The notes under the pieces were generated by a model. That model did not search any database. It saw only the letters and a list, made by a program, of their open reading frames with translations, and had not been told where the DNA came from. From Deinococcales bacterium (GTDB lineage Bacteria; Deinococcota; Deinococci; Deinococcales; JAAFIG01): a DNA stretch of 64,000 nt. The position numbers and the translations under genes are program-made. Within the stretch, counting starts at the first letter, position 1. Each line of letters opens with the position of its first letter. The stretch is from contig JANNVX010000086.1 in NCBI GenBank assembly GCA_031414595.1, positions 32,001-96,000 of the forward strand, read 5' to 3'. Below, piece by piece: positions 38,573 to 46,968 of this stretch.

Positions 38573-40087
38573 TCACTTCTCTAAAAATTCTGGACTCATG
38601 ACAATCAGACCAAGGCTTTCTCCCAAACGCCATTTCAGGGCTTCGGGGTCGGTGATTGGTGCGTCGGGGGGTGTGTTGTCTCGGAGTTTATCGAGAACGG
38701 TTTGTTTGAGGCTGGGGCTGGGTTCTCGCCCAAGGATACGGTTTAGCCAAAAGTTAGCAATGCTGTTTGGGGTGTTGCGGTTGGCGTTGCGCTCAACAAT
38801 TGGCGACTTGTAATTTTCATCCCAGTTGTGGGCAAAACCATTGGCAAGACCCCAAAACCGCAATAAACTGGTGCTGCTTAACCAGTGTTCTTTGCTGTCT
38901 GGATAACCGTCGGGCATGGGGTGGTTGAATGGCATCTGCCCAAGCCACTCCAAAGACCATTGACGATCTGCCTCGAGCTTAAAATCTGTTTCTAACACCC
39001 GTGCCAAACTGTAAAAACGCTCTAAGGGGCGCTTGACCTTTTGTCCCCAAGTCTGGGCAAATTCTTCGGACAAAACAATCATACGTAGAACATGTTTTAA
39101 TTGGTCTGGGGCTTTTTGTTGTTCGGTAAAAACCTTGGCGACTCGAGCCACCAGATTTTCGGGCGGGGTGTCTGATACCAAACGCCGACAGAGTTTGCGG
39201 CTGATAAACCGCGCTGTCCCCGCGTGGTAGGCTAGTGCATCCAACACATCTGTGCCGTCTTTAAGTCCTTGGTCTGGGGGTAAAAAACGACCCAGTACAG
39301 TTTTTTGAAAACGGTCATGCCAAGCTGGGTAAAAGCTAAATTCACCAGTGTCGCCAAGGCTGTCTTTATCGTCGGCGACCCGCCAGCCTGTAAAGCAGCG
39401 GGTGGCTTCGTAAACATCATCATCCACATAGCCGACCGAAAGCCCTTTGGAAAAACCGGCAATGTCTTTTTGGCGCTTGACCCCAAGGTAATTTTCTGCG
39501 CCTAGGGTGTGTAATTCAAACAATTCTCGAGCAAAATTTTCGTTTGGTCCCGCCCGTTGGTTGCTCGAGTTATCCAAGTAATAGAGCATACTTGGGTGCT
39601 GGGCTACGGCTTGGAGTAAAACTCGAAAATTACCAAAAGCATGGGTGCGAATCACATCACGGTCAAAACTGGCAAACAGGGCGGCAATTTGTTCTTGGCG
39701 ATTTGGGTCTATATTAAAATGGTTGTGCCAAAAATCGGTCATGACTTCTAAAAGCTGGCGTTCGCTCCAAATCCCACGGGCGATAGTTGCAAGCCGTGTC
39801 TCGAGAGCGGGTTGGACGGCAATTTCATAACGGTTTGGGTCTTTTTCTAGCACATCGCGGATGTGTTCAGCCCAGAGTTTAGGCAGTGGTTTTTGCAGCG
39901 TGGTCAAGCCTTTGATTCGCTCATCACAAACTGAATCCACAATTTTTATTGGCTCAAGTTGACGTTCTAACCAAATTTTTAAGCGCTCAGGATTGGTTTT
40001 TGCCAACTTTTGAAAATTTGCCAAATCGTTTGGGCGAGCGCCAAAAGCAAGTCGTGAGTAAACAATCACTTCAAGTGGTGGTGACAT
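38573..40087 (-). CDS. DUF1800 protein
   Basis: FWHNHF, ML.YLDN, PNENFARELFELHTLG, A.CFTGW; canonical partner of DUF1501. Confidence 0.9.
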   Translation of the reverse strand: MSPPLEVIVYSRLAFGARPNDLANFQKLAKTNPERLKIWLERQLEPIKIVDSVCDERIKGLTTLQKPLPKLWAEHIRDVLEKDPNRYEIAVQPALETRLATIARGIWSERQLLEVMTDFWHNHFNIDPNRQEQIAALFASFDRDVIRTHAFGNFRVLLQAVAQHPSMLYYLDNSSNQRAGPNENFARELFELHTLGAENYLGVKRQKDIAGFSKGLSVGYVDDDVYEATRCFTGWRVADDKDSLGDTGEFSFYPAWHDRFQKTVLGRFLPPDQGLKDGTDVLDALAYHAGTARFISRKLCRRLVSDTPPENLVARVAKVFTEQQKAPDQLKHVLRMIVLSEEFAQTWGQKVKRPLERFYSLARVLETDFKLEADRQWSLEWLGQMPFNHPMPDGYPDSKEHWLSSTSLLRFWGLANGFAHNWDENYKSPIVERNANRNTPNSIANFWLNRILGREPSPSLKQTVLDKLRDNTPPDAPITDPEALKWRLGESLGLIVMSPEFLEK

Positions 40088-40177
40088 AACCAATTTTACT
40101 GGACTGAGCAAAGAACCCGATGAAGCCAAGGTGATTCGCATGAGGCTGTTATAAAAAAGTTCATGGTAAAGTAAGCC

Positions 40178-40897
40178 ATGAAAATTTTACTGACTCTTTT
40201 GTTGGCAAGCACGGTACTGGCAAGCACTGCCTTGGCTGTCACTCGAGAAGTCAGTTATAAAGCCTCAGACGGAATTATTGTTTACGCCGACCACAGCAGT
40301 GTCGCCAAGTCCAAAGGTTTAATTGTGCTTTTTCATCAAGCCAATGGTAGTCGGCTCGAGTACGAAAAGATTGCGCCACGCTTAAATTTGTTGGGATTTG
40401 CAACCTTAGTGGTAGACCAGCGTTCGGGTGGCTCTGAATTTGGTGGAACAAATAAAACTGCCGCCCAAGTCCCAACCGCAAGTTATCTCGAGGCACTGCC
40501 CGACTTAGAAGCCAGTTTGAAATATGCTAAGAATATCCTCAAAGCCCCAAAAGTGATTGTCTGGGGGAGTTCGTACTCGAGTGCTTTGGTGTTCTTACTG
40601 GCTGCCAAAAATCCTAAAGATGTGGCTGGATTACTAGCATTCTCGCCCGATGAGTACCTTGGGCAACCCACAATGGTGCGTGACGCAGCTAAAAAAGTAA
40701 ATATGCCAGTCTTTATCACCAGTGCTGCTTCGGAAGTCAGTGCTGCCAAAACCATTTTTAATGCCACTGGCAGCAAAAATAAAACCCAATTTATCCCCAA
40801 AGGTGTGGGTATACACGGTTCAAGAGTATTAGCCAATCCGCTCACCGGCACTGAATACTGGGTGGCAGTTGAGAAATTCCTAAGTCAATATAAATAA
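40178..40897 (+). CDS. Secreted alpha/beta hydrolase (dienelactone hydrolase-like)
   Basis: LFHQA, WGSSYS nucleophile elbow, HGS; signal peptide. Confidence 0.8.
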   Translation: MKILLTLLLASTVLASTALAVTREVSYKASDGIIVYADHSSVAKSKGLIVLFHQANGSRLEYEKIAPRLNLLGFATLVVDQRSGGSEFGGTNKTAAQVPTASYLEALPDLEASLKYAKNILKAPKVIVWGSSYSSALVFLLAAKNPKDVAGLLAFSPDEYLGQPTMVRDAAKKVNMPVFITSAASEVSAAKTIFNATGSKNKTQFIPKGVGIHGSRVLANPLTGTEYWVAVEKFLSQYK

Positions 40898-40914
40898 AGG
40901 CTACAATATCAAGC

Positions 40915-42042
40915 ATGGAAATCCGTCCAACTCGAGTGGTCAATTTACTGCCAGCCGCCCTGATTGTCCTTGGTGTTTTACTGCTCTGGGGAGCAATTCA
41001 AACCCTAGGGCAGATTCTCCTTTTAATCACTTTAGCCCTGATTATCGCGGCGGGCTTAAACCCCACAGTGCTGTGGCTAACCCACCGTCGCATTCCTCGA
41101 GCCGTTGCAGCAGCTTTAATTTTATTTGTGGTGCTTGGCGGCACAGTCGGTTTAATTGGCGCACTCATTCCCGCCCTGATTTCTCAACTGACCAGTTTGG
41201 TCTCGAGCATCCCCAGCATTGCCCAAAATGTCCAAACATGGTTAATTCAGTCTACCTCGAGCAACCCGCTCTTAAAAAGCGTTTCTGATTCGCTGGCGAC
41301 TGGCGACCTTGCCAAGCAATTACAGGGCTTACTTTCGGCTGTACCAAGTACACTCCTAAGCGCACTTGGGGCAACCAGCAATGTCCTCAACAGCGCACTT
41401 TTGGGTGTACTGTTGCTGCTGATGGGTTTTACGGTGCTGATTTCGCCCGAACCACTCTTAAAAGGCGCACTTTCTGGCATTCCCAACTCGTACCGCGATG
41501 AAGCCTCCCGTGCCATTGCCCGCATCGGTAAGCAATTATCGGCTTGGTTGATGGCAACTTTATTTTTATCGTTTGTGATGGGTGTAGCGGTTGGGATTGG
41601 CTTAGGTGTCCTTTCATTATTTGGTATTCACTCGGGCAACATTCTGCTTTGGAGTGTGATTGCTGGCGTGACCAACATCATCCCCGTGATTGGACCCTTG
41701 TTTGGGCTGCTTCCACCTGTGTTGTCAAGCTTATCGCCTAATCCGCAAAATGCTATTTGGGTCGCAATTGTCATTTTTGCAATGCAGCAAATTGTCTTTA
41801 ATGTGCTTGTGCCAATAGTCATGTCTCGAGGAGTGAGTTTGCACCCCGCCAGCTTATTGATTGGGGTGCTGATTTTCTCGGGGCTATTTGGCGTGATTGG
41901 TGCGTTTTTGGCTGTGCCATTTTTAATTATTTGTAAAGCCCTATACGAAGAACTCTACTTACCAGCAATTGGCTCGAGAACTGTGACCGACGAAGAAGTT
42001 GCTAAGGTACTGCGCGGTGAAGTTCTTGAGGAGATAACTTAA
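40915..42042 (+). CDS. AI-2E (PerM) family transporter
   Basis: NIIPVIGP, P.VM...V.LHP, G.IGAFLAVP. Confidence 0.9.
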   Translation: MEIRPTRVVNLLPAALIVLGVLLLWGAIQTLGQILLLITLALIIAAGLNPTVLWLTHRRIPRAVAAALILFVVLGGTVGLIGALIPALISQLTSLVSSIPSIAQNVQTWLIQSTSSNPLLKSVSDSLATGDLAKQLQGLLSAVPSTLLSALGATSNVLNSALLGVLLLLMGFTVLISPEPLLKGALSGIPNSYRDEASRAIARIGKQLSAWLMATLFLSFVMGVAVGIGLGVLSLFGIHSGNILLWSVIAGVTNIIPVIGPLFGLLPPVLSSLSPNPQNAIWVAIVIFAMQQIVFNVLVPIVMSRGVSLHPASLLIGVLIFSGLFGVIGAFLAVPFLIICKALYEELYLPAIGSRTVTDEEVAKVLRGEVLEEIT

Positions 42043-42070
42043 TTGAATCCAACGCTGCACATCCTTAGAA

Positions 42071-42367
42071 TCAGGCATATAAGACTTTACCTTCCCTAGC
42101 CACAATACGGGCAATCAGTGTTTCGCCATTGTTAAAATCCGTTTCAGTCATTGGCAAAATGTCAAATCCACATGACGGTGGAAACAATGCTTGGTAAGCT
42201 GCTAAGCCAGTCTGCATTAAATTTGTTCCGTCTTTGAAAACCAACAATAAGTCCACGTCACTGTTTAATGTGGCTTCACCCCTAGCATGACTGCCAAACA
42301 AAATAACGCGTTTTGCACCACTGGCTTTGGCGGCTTTATAGGCAATAAGCTCGAAATCAAGCTGCAT
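42071..42367 (-). CDS. Minimal nucleotidyltransferase (MNT), paralog of 926..1234
   Basis: LFGSHARG...SDVDLLLV; probable start MQLDF at 42367. Confidence 0.88.
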   Translation of the reverse strand: MQLDFELIAYKAAKASGAKRVILFGSHARGEATLNSDVDLLLVFKDGTNLMQTGLAAYQALFPPSCGFDILPMTETDFNNGETLIARIVAREGKVLYA

Positions 42368-42392
42368 AAAAAGATAATACTGCTTGTATGGA

Positions 42393-43067
42393 TCATTTAA
42401 CAAACCAAACAAATTCACCAACCTGAACAAATTCAAGTTTTTTGTTAATTGCCAGCATCGCAGAATTTCTCGAGTCATTGGCAGTGCGAATTTCAATCAG
42501 ACCTCTTGCAACAGCTTCGTTAATTGCCAATGTCTTTAGTGCCTGAGCTAATCCCAAACCACGATACGCTCGAGCCGTACCAGCCAGTGTTGTTGCCACA
42601 CCGTTATTGCTTATTTGGTCAAAATGTACACCACTCATCGAAACCCAATCTGCGCCATTCAGGGCAATAAAAACACCACTGGCATTGTTCCAATAAATGT
42701 TCCAAAGGAAGTCGTTAAACTGTTCAAAAGTTTCAAATTTGCCTTCAAAGGCAGGGTCATCTTCGACAGCCCCACGTACCAACCAATACAGTTTTTCGCG
42801 GTGCAACACAGAATCGCCAAGCTCAAGCAGCGTCTTAAACACATACCTTTGACCCTCGAGTTGATGCACCAAACTTAAATCCAAAGGCTTAAAAAGCTGC
42901 AAATGGCTACGAATTGAACGTTCAACTAACTTAAACCCGTTCTGTAATAAAAAATCCTGTGCTTTTTGGCTTGGGTTTGGAATACCAAGCCGCATAATTT
43001 CAAGCCAATCTGGTTGTGTCTGCAAAGCCCACAGGTCGTCTGTATGCTCAAGTTTAAGGGTTTTCAT
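42393..43067 (-). CDS. GNAT family acetyltransferase
   Basis: GT.RAYRGLGLAQALK...RTANDSRNSAMLAINKKL.F. Confidence 0.85.
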   Translation of the reverse strand: MKTLKLEHTDDLWALQTQPDWLEIMRLGIPNPSQKAQDFLLQNGFKLVERSIRSHLQLFKPLDLSLVHQLEGQRYVFKTLLELGDSVLHREKLYWLVRGAVEDDPAFEGKFETFEQFNDFLWNIYWNNASGVFIALNGADWVSMSGVHFDQISNNGVATTLAGTARAYRGLGLAQALKTLAINEAVARGLIEIRTANDSRNSAMLAINKKLEFVQVGEFVWFVK

Positions 43068-44032
43068 GAAGCAACTACTTTTCGTAAATATATAGTGGCG
43101 GGGTCTTTGACAAACCCCATCGCTTCGTTAATTGCAAGCATTGGGCGGTTAATCACATGATTACTGGTTCGCACAAACGCATAACCATGATTTTTGGCAA
43201 ATTGAACGGCGGCAAGTTTAAGCGCCACGGCAATCCCCAAACGTCGGTACGCTTTTCGCACACCCGTTAAACCCGTTTCGATAGTACCTGCTCGAGCCGA
43301 TTTGAATAATTGCGACATCCCAGCGATTTGCTTATTGATTATTCCCACAAATTCACCTTCTGGCATGGCGGTAGGGCTTTGAAAAGCCCGTTGTTGCCAA
43401 GTTTCAAAATCCCAAGGTTGATTTGGACTAGCGGTTGGAATATCACCCACAAGCTCGATGGTCGCATTGTAATAACGCCGAGCAAAATCGGGTTGATTCA
43501 TTAAAGATGCTCGGGTACGAATTTCTAAGCCAGCCTTCTTGGCTTTCTCGAGGAACGATGTAAAAGCCGCTGCCTCAAAAGTCTCGAGGTGAAGGTTGCT
43601 CGAGAACATTCGATCAAATTCAGTAAAGCCATGAGCTAAAAAGAATGTGTACAATCCGAAATTCTCTTTGGCACTGACCCGCAATAATTTTGGCTCGAGT
43701 GGTTGTGCGGACTGCAAAGTCTTTTGATAAACAGCTTCGGCAGATTCGAGATGCGCGGGTAACAAATGCAGTCCAAGCTCGAGTTCGTCAGGTTCAGGAT
43801 TAGAAAGTGGAGTCTCGAGATTGATTACACCAATGTTTTGACCGTTTACAACCACAAAAAATCGTGCAAATTTTGCAGTTTTAACCCGCGTCGCATCACG
43901 ATGCTGGATGCTTTCGGCGGTCGTTGGGCGGCTTGGGTCTGCAAGGTTACGCAAACGCACATACTCGAGTAAATCGGTTTCTTGGTATCGGACAAATTCC
44001 ATGCTCGAGTTTAATGGTTTGGGCTGGTTCAA
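43064..44032 (-). CDS. Tandem GNAT acetyltransferase
   Basis: TGVRKAYRRLGIAVALK...RTSNHVINRPMLAINEAMGF. Confidence 0.85.
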   Translation of the reverse strand: MNQPKPLNSSMEFVRYQETDLLEYVRLRNLADPSRPTTAESIQHRDATRVKTAKFARFFVVVNGQNIGVINLETPLSNPEPDELELGLHLLPAHLESAEAVYQKTLQSAQPLEPKLLRVSAKENFGLYTFFLAHGFTEFDRMFSSNLHLETFEAAAFTSFLEKAKKAGLEIRTRASLMNQPDFARRYYNATIELVGDIPTASPNQPWDFETWQQRAFQSPTAMPEGEFVGIINKQIAGMSQLFKSARAGTIETGLTGVRKAYRRLGIAVALKLAAVQFAKNHGYAFVRTSNHVINRPMLAINEAMGFVKDPATIYLRKVVAS

Positions 44033-44056
44033 GCATCTGCCAAAATAATTAGTACC

Positions 44057-44551
44057 CTAAACCGCAGCTTGGAGCAAATACACTGCCCTAGCATCCAGTC
44101 CAATTTTACCCGTGGTATCTAAACGCTTCATCACCGCCTCAAATTGCCAATCCCGCGCCCAAAGGCGTTTTAATGCCAGTAGCACTTCGCGTTTGCCATT
44201 GGCAGCCTCAAAATGTTTTTCGTTTTCACGGCGTAAAATCAGGCGGCTCGAGAAATGGCTGTTGTCAAAAGCGGTATACATCTGAGCAATAAAATCTTCG
44301 AGCAGCGTGGCTTCTAAAATTCGTTTGCTGGCTCGAGAACACAGCACCTCGAGTAAATCTTCATCTAAGCGCCTTGGGTTAATCGGCTTAAAAGTCTCGC
44401 GCAGATTCTCGGGTAGGTTATTGGAAATATAAAATTGTTCTTCGGCTCGAGCCGTGATGATAAAACCAGTTTTCCCGATGAAGTTTTTGGTCTCGAGTCC
44501 GACTTGGCTGGTGGGTAATTTTTGGCTTTCACTAAACGTGCAGAGTAACAT
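44057..44551 (-). CDS. Hypothetical protein
   Basis: 164-aa ORF filling the gap, co-oriented with the GNAT genes; no motif recognised. Confidence 0.55.
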   Translation of the reverse strand: MLLCTFSESQKLPTSQVGLETKNFIGKTGFIITARAEEQFYISNNLPENLRETFKPINPRRLDEDLLEVLCSRASKRILEATLLEDFIAQMYTAFDNSHFSSRLILRRENEKHFEAANGKREVLLALKRLWARDWQFEAVMKRLDTTGKIGLDARAVYLLQAAV

Positions 44552-44647
44552 TCTTAAAACGTATCATTTACCCATGTCCGAATCCAATATTTTATTGCAG
44601 TAAAAAGTCTCATGCTTATCGTAAACAGAGTGTCATAATCTGGTCAT

Positions 44648-45970
44648 ATGTGGCGTAGAGCTTTTCAGATGGGTGGGTTGGTTTTGGCGTGCTTAAGTGC
44701 CTTGTCGTTTTACATTGTCGAAACCAAACCTAAAAATAAGAGTCTGGCGCAACCGAATTTAATTGCCGCCAACGGCATGACTCCTGTGGTCAATATCGCG
44801 GTGGCAGGGCGTGACATTGAGTATTGCAAACCAGGTTATGGTCCGATTGGTTTAGAAGCCGAACCCTGCGAAGGCATCGAGCGTTATGGGCGGACAGACA
44901 CAATGATGTTTGTGCGGATTCAACCGGGGCGGGTAGATGTGATTTCGATTCCTCGAGATACCTATATTCAGGATCGTTTTGGGGCGCATAAAATGAACAG
45001 CAGTTTCCCGTCAGGCGGTAAAGAAGCTGTGGCGGCAACTGGGATTACCGATTATAAGGATGCAGCCGCCGAACAACCATTTCGGGATGGTGGCTCGAAG
45101 GCATTTAAGGAATCTATCGAACAACTCTTGGGCGTGACCATAGATTACACCGTGATTTTTAATGTCGAATTGGTCGAAAAAGTGATCGAGGCTTTGGGTG
45201 GCGTGGATGTCTATGTGCCAGAACCGATGAAATGGACTGACCGAGCGGCGGGTTTATACATTGACATTCCAGCCGGAAATGTCCATTTGAATGGCAAAAA
45301 AGCCGTCGAATACCTGCGTTTTCGGCATGGCGTCGGTTCAGATTATGCTCGAATGGACAGGGGCAAAGATGTGATTGGCAAGTTACTCAAAAAACTCAAA
45401 AGCCCAGCCGCCTTAAACCTAATTCCGACCATGATTGGGGCTTTGCAAAACGATATTATTACCAATGCCAACTTGGAATTTGCCCAAAGCATGATTGGTC
45501 ACTCGAGAAACCTCACGCCGCATTTTCATACTTTGCCAACCCTCGAAGATGAACGCTACGGCTCGTACTTAATTGCTGACATGCCCAAAGTCCAAGAACT
45601 GATGCAGAGCATCACCAATCCAACTCAAGTCAATCTCGAGACTGCGCCCAGCGCCTTACCAAGCATTGTCAATCAAAGCGGGGTGCCGGGGCTTGGTCGG
45701 GCATTGGCTAAGTATCTCGAGCGCAACGGTTGGGGAACGCTTGAAGTGATTCCGTCCGAGGTGGTCAGTGCCGAACCCACCCGAATTGTGCGCCGTTCAT
45801 GGGGCAGTTTAGAGAGTGCTGAGTTCTATGCTCGAGTTCTCGGGGCTGGAATCAGCACCCCATACCGCTATCCCGATGGGGCTGGCGCAGTGGCGATTGT
45901 GCTTGGTAAGGACGCTGGCAATAAATTTGGGGCTTTAGCCACCGAAGCCAGTCGTCAGGGTTCACCCTAA
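44648..45970 (+). CDS. LCP (LytR-CpsA-Psr) family protein with LytR_C domain
   Basis: GRTDTMM, SIPRD, GGVDV, YLRFRH..SD..R..R; N.SG.PGL C-terminal domain. Confidence 0.9.
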   Translation: MWRRAFQMGGLVLACLSALSFYIVETKPKNKSLAQPNLIAANGMTPVVNIAVAGRDIEYCKPGYGPIGLEAEPCEGIERYGRTDTMMFVRIQPGRVDVISIPRDTYIQDRFGAHKMNSSFPSGGKEAVAATGITDYKDAAAEQPFRDGGSKAFKESIEQLLGVTIDYTVIFNVELVEKVIEALGGVDVYVPEPMKWTDRAAGLYIDIPAGNVHLNGKKAVEYLRFRHGVGSDYARMDRGKDVIGKLLKKLKSPAALNLIPTMIGALQNDIITNANLEFAQSMIGHSRNLTPHFHTLPTLEDERYGSYLIADMPKVQELMQSITNPTQVNLETAPSALPSIVNQSGVPGLGRALAKYLERNGWGTLEVIPSEVVSAEPTRIVRRSWGSLESAEFYARVLGAGISTPYRYPDGAGAVAIVLGKDAGNKFGALATEASRQGSP

Positions 45971-46028
45971 CCATTTGCCAGATTATCCGTAGACGCTGCT
46001 GGCTTGGTGCGAGTAGACTGAGCTATCA

Positions 46029-46367
46029 ATGACTCCAGATTTTTTAGAACAAATACAAATTATTAAAGAAGCACTCGAGGATAAAAAAGCCAGTAACATC
46101 GTGGCAATGGACTTAACCGAAGTCAGCACCACCTTGGATTACTTCGTAATAGCTTCTGCCACCAGCCAACCGCAATTGCAAGCCCTTGAACGCAGTGCGC
46201 TTGAGAAGATGCGTGAAGCTGGGGTGAAAGCGGTCAGCATCGAAGGTCCAAGTCCACGTTGGGTGCTGCTCAATTTTGGTGCGATTATTGTGCATTTGAT
46301 GACCCCAGAGACCCGAGACTTCTACGACCTCGAAGGGCTTTGGGCAGATGCTAGGGTCTTAGCTTAG
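46029..46367 (+). CDS. rsfS: Ribosome silencing factor (Iojap)
   Basis: DKKA..I...D, DYFVIAS, W.L.NFG.IIVH.M..E.R.FYDLEGLW. Confidence 0.93.
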   Translation: MTPDFLEQIQIIKEALEDKKASNIVAMDLTEVSTTLDYFVIASATSQPQLQALERSALEKMREAGVKAVSIEGPSPRWVLLNFGAIIVHLMTPETRDFYDLEGLWADARVLA

Positions 46368-46910
46368 GATTAAGTCGGCATAGATTTGGTCTAGGCTTAG
46401 GGTTGTCTCGAGACATGGAATATCTATTTCGCCATTTTCTTGTAAGACCTCAAATGTCCAAATTTCTGCATTGCGTTTATAAACCACAACCTGACGGGTT
46501 TTCTGGGAAATAATCGCATAGCGTTGCAGACTGGGGATTTTGGTGTACTCCTCGAGTTTTGTGCCGTTGTCCGTTTCGGCGGTGCTGTTCGATTGTACTT
46601 CGGCAATAAAACATGGATATTCGAGTGTGCGGATATTCTGTAAGGCTTCACAGGTAATCACAATGTCTGGGTAACGATACCGTGTGCCTCGGACTCGAGT
46701 TTGGATATTGGTGGTGTGCAACTTACATTTTTTAGCTCGAGCAATTGGGCGTAAGGCTTCGACAATGTTCAATACAATGTCATCATGGGTTAAAGTTTCG
46801 CCTGCCATAGCGATTAACTGACCATCTACGAACTCATGGCGTAGTTCAGCCGTTTGTTCAAGCTCGAGGTACTGTTCTACAGTCATCATTTTTTCGGCAA
46901 TTAAGGACAT
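46359..46910 (-). CDS. Uma2 family restriction-endonuclease-like protein
   Basis: RHEFVDG.L.AMAG...H, YPDI, EVQS.ST...D...K...Y..IPSL. Confidence 0.88.
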   Translation of the reverse strand: MSLIAEKMMTVEQYLELEQTAELRHEFVDGQLIAMAGETLTHDDIVLNIVEALRPIARAKKCKLHTTNIQTRVRGTRYRYPDIVITCEALQNIRTLEYPCFIAEVQSNSTAETDNGTKLEEYTKIPSLQRYAIISQKTRQVVVYKRNAEIWTFEVLQENGEIDIPCLETTLSLDQIYADLILS

Positions 46911-46925
46911 AAACGTAGTGTACTT

Positions 46926-46954
46926 GAAAAAAGGACGGCGTTAAGCCGTCCTTT
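46926..46954 (-). terminator. Intrinsic terminator of glgP
   Basis: Stem AAAGGACGGC/GCCGTCCTTT followed by a U-tract on the minus strand. Confidence 0.75.
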
Positions 46955-46968
46955 CAACATTTTTATGC

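Noticed and set aside
46359-46910. Uma2 gene as the restriction enzyme behind the CTCGAG bias
   Set aside because: Uma2 proteins are commonly multi-copy with unclear activity; there is no adjacent methyltransferase, and restriction would deplete rather than enrich the site.
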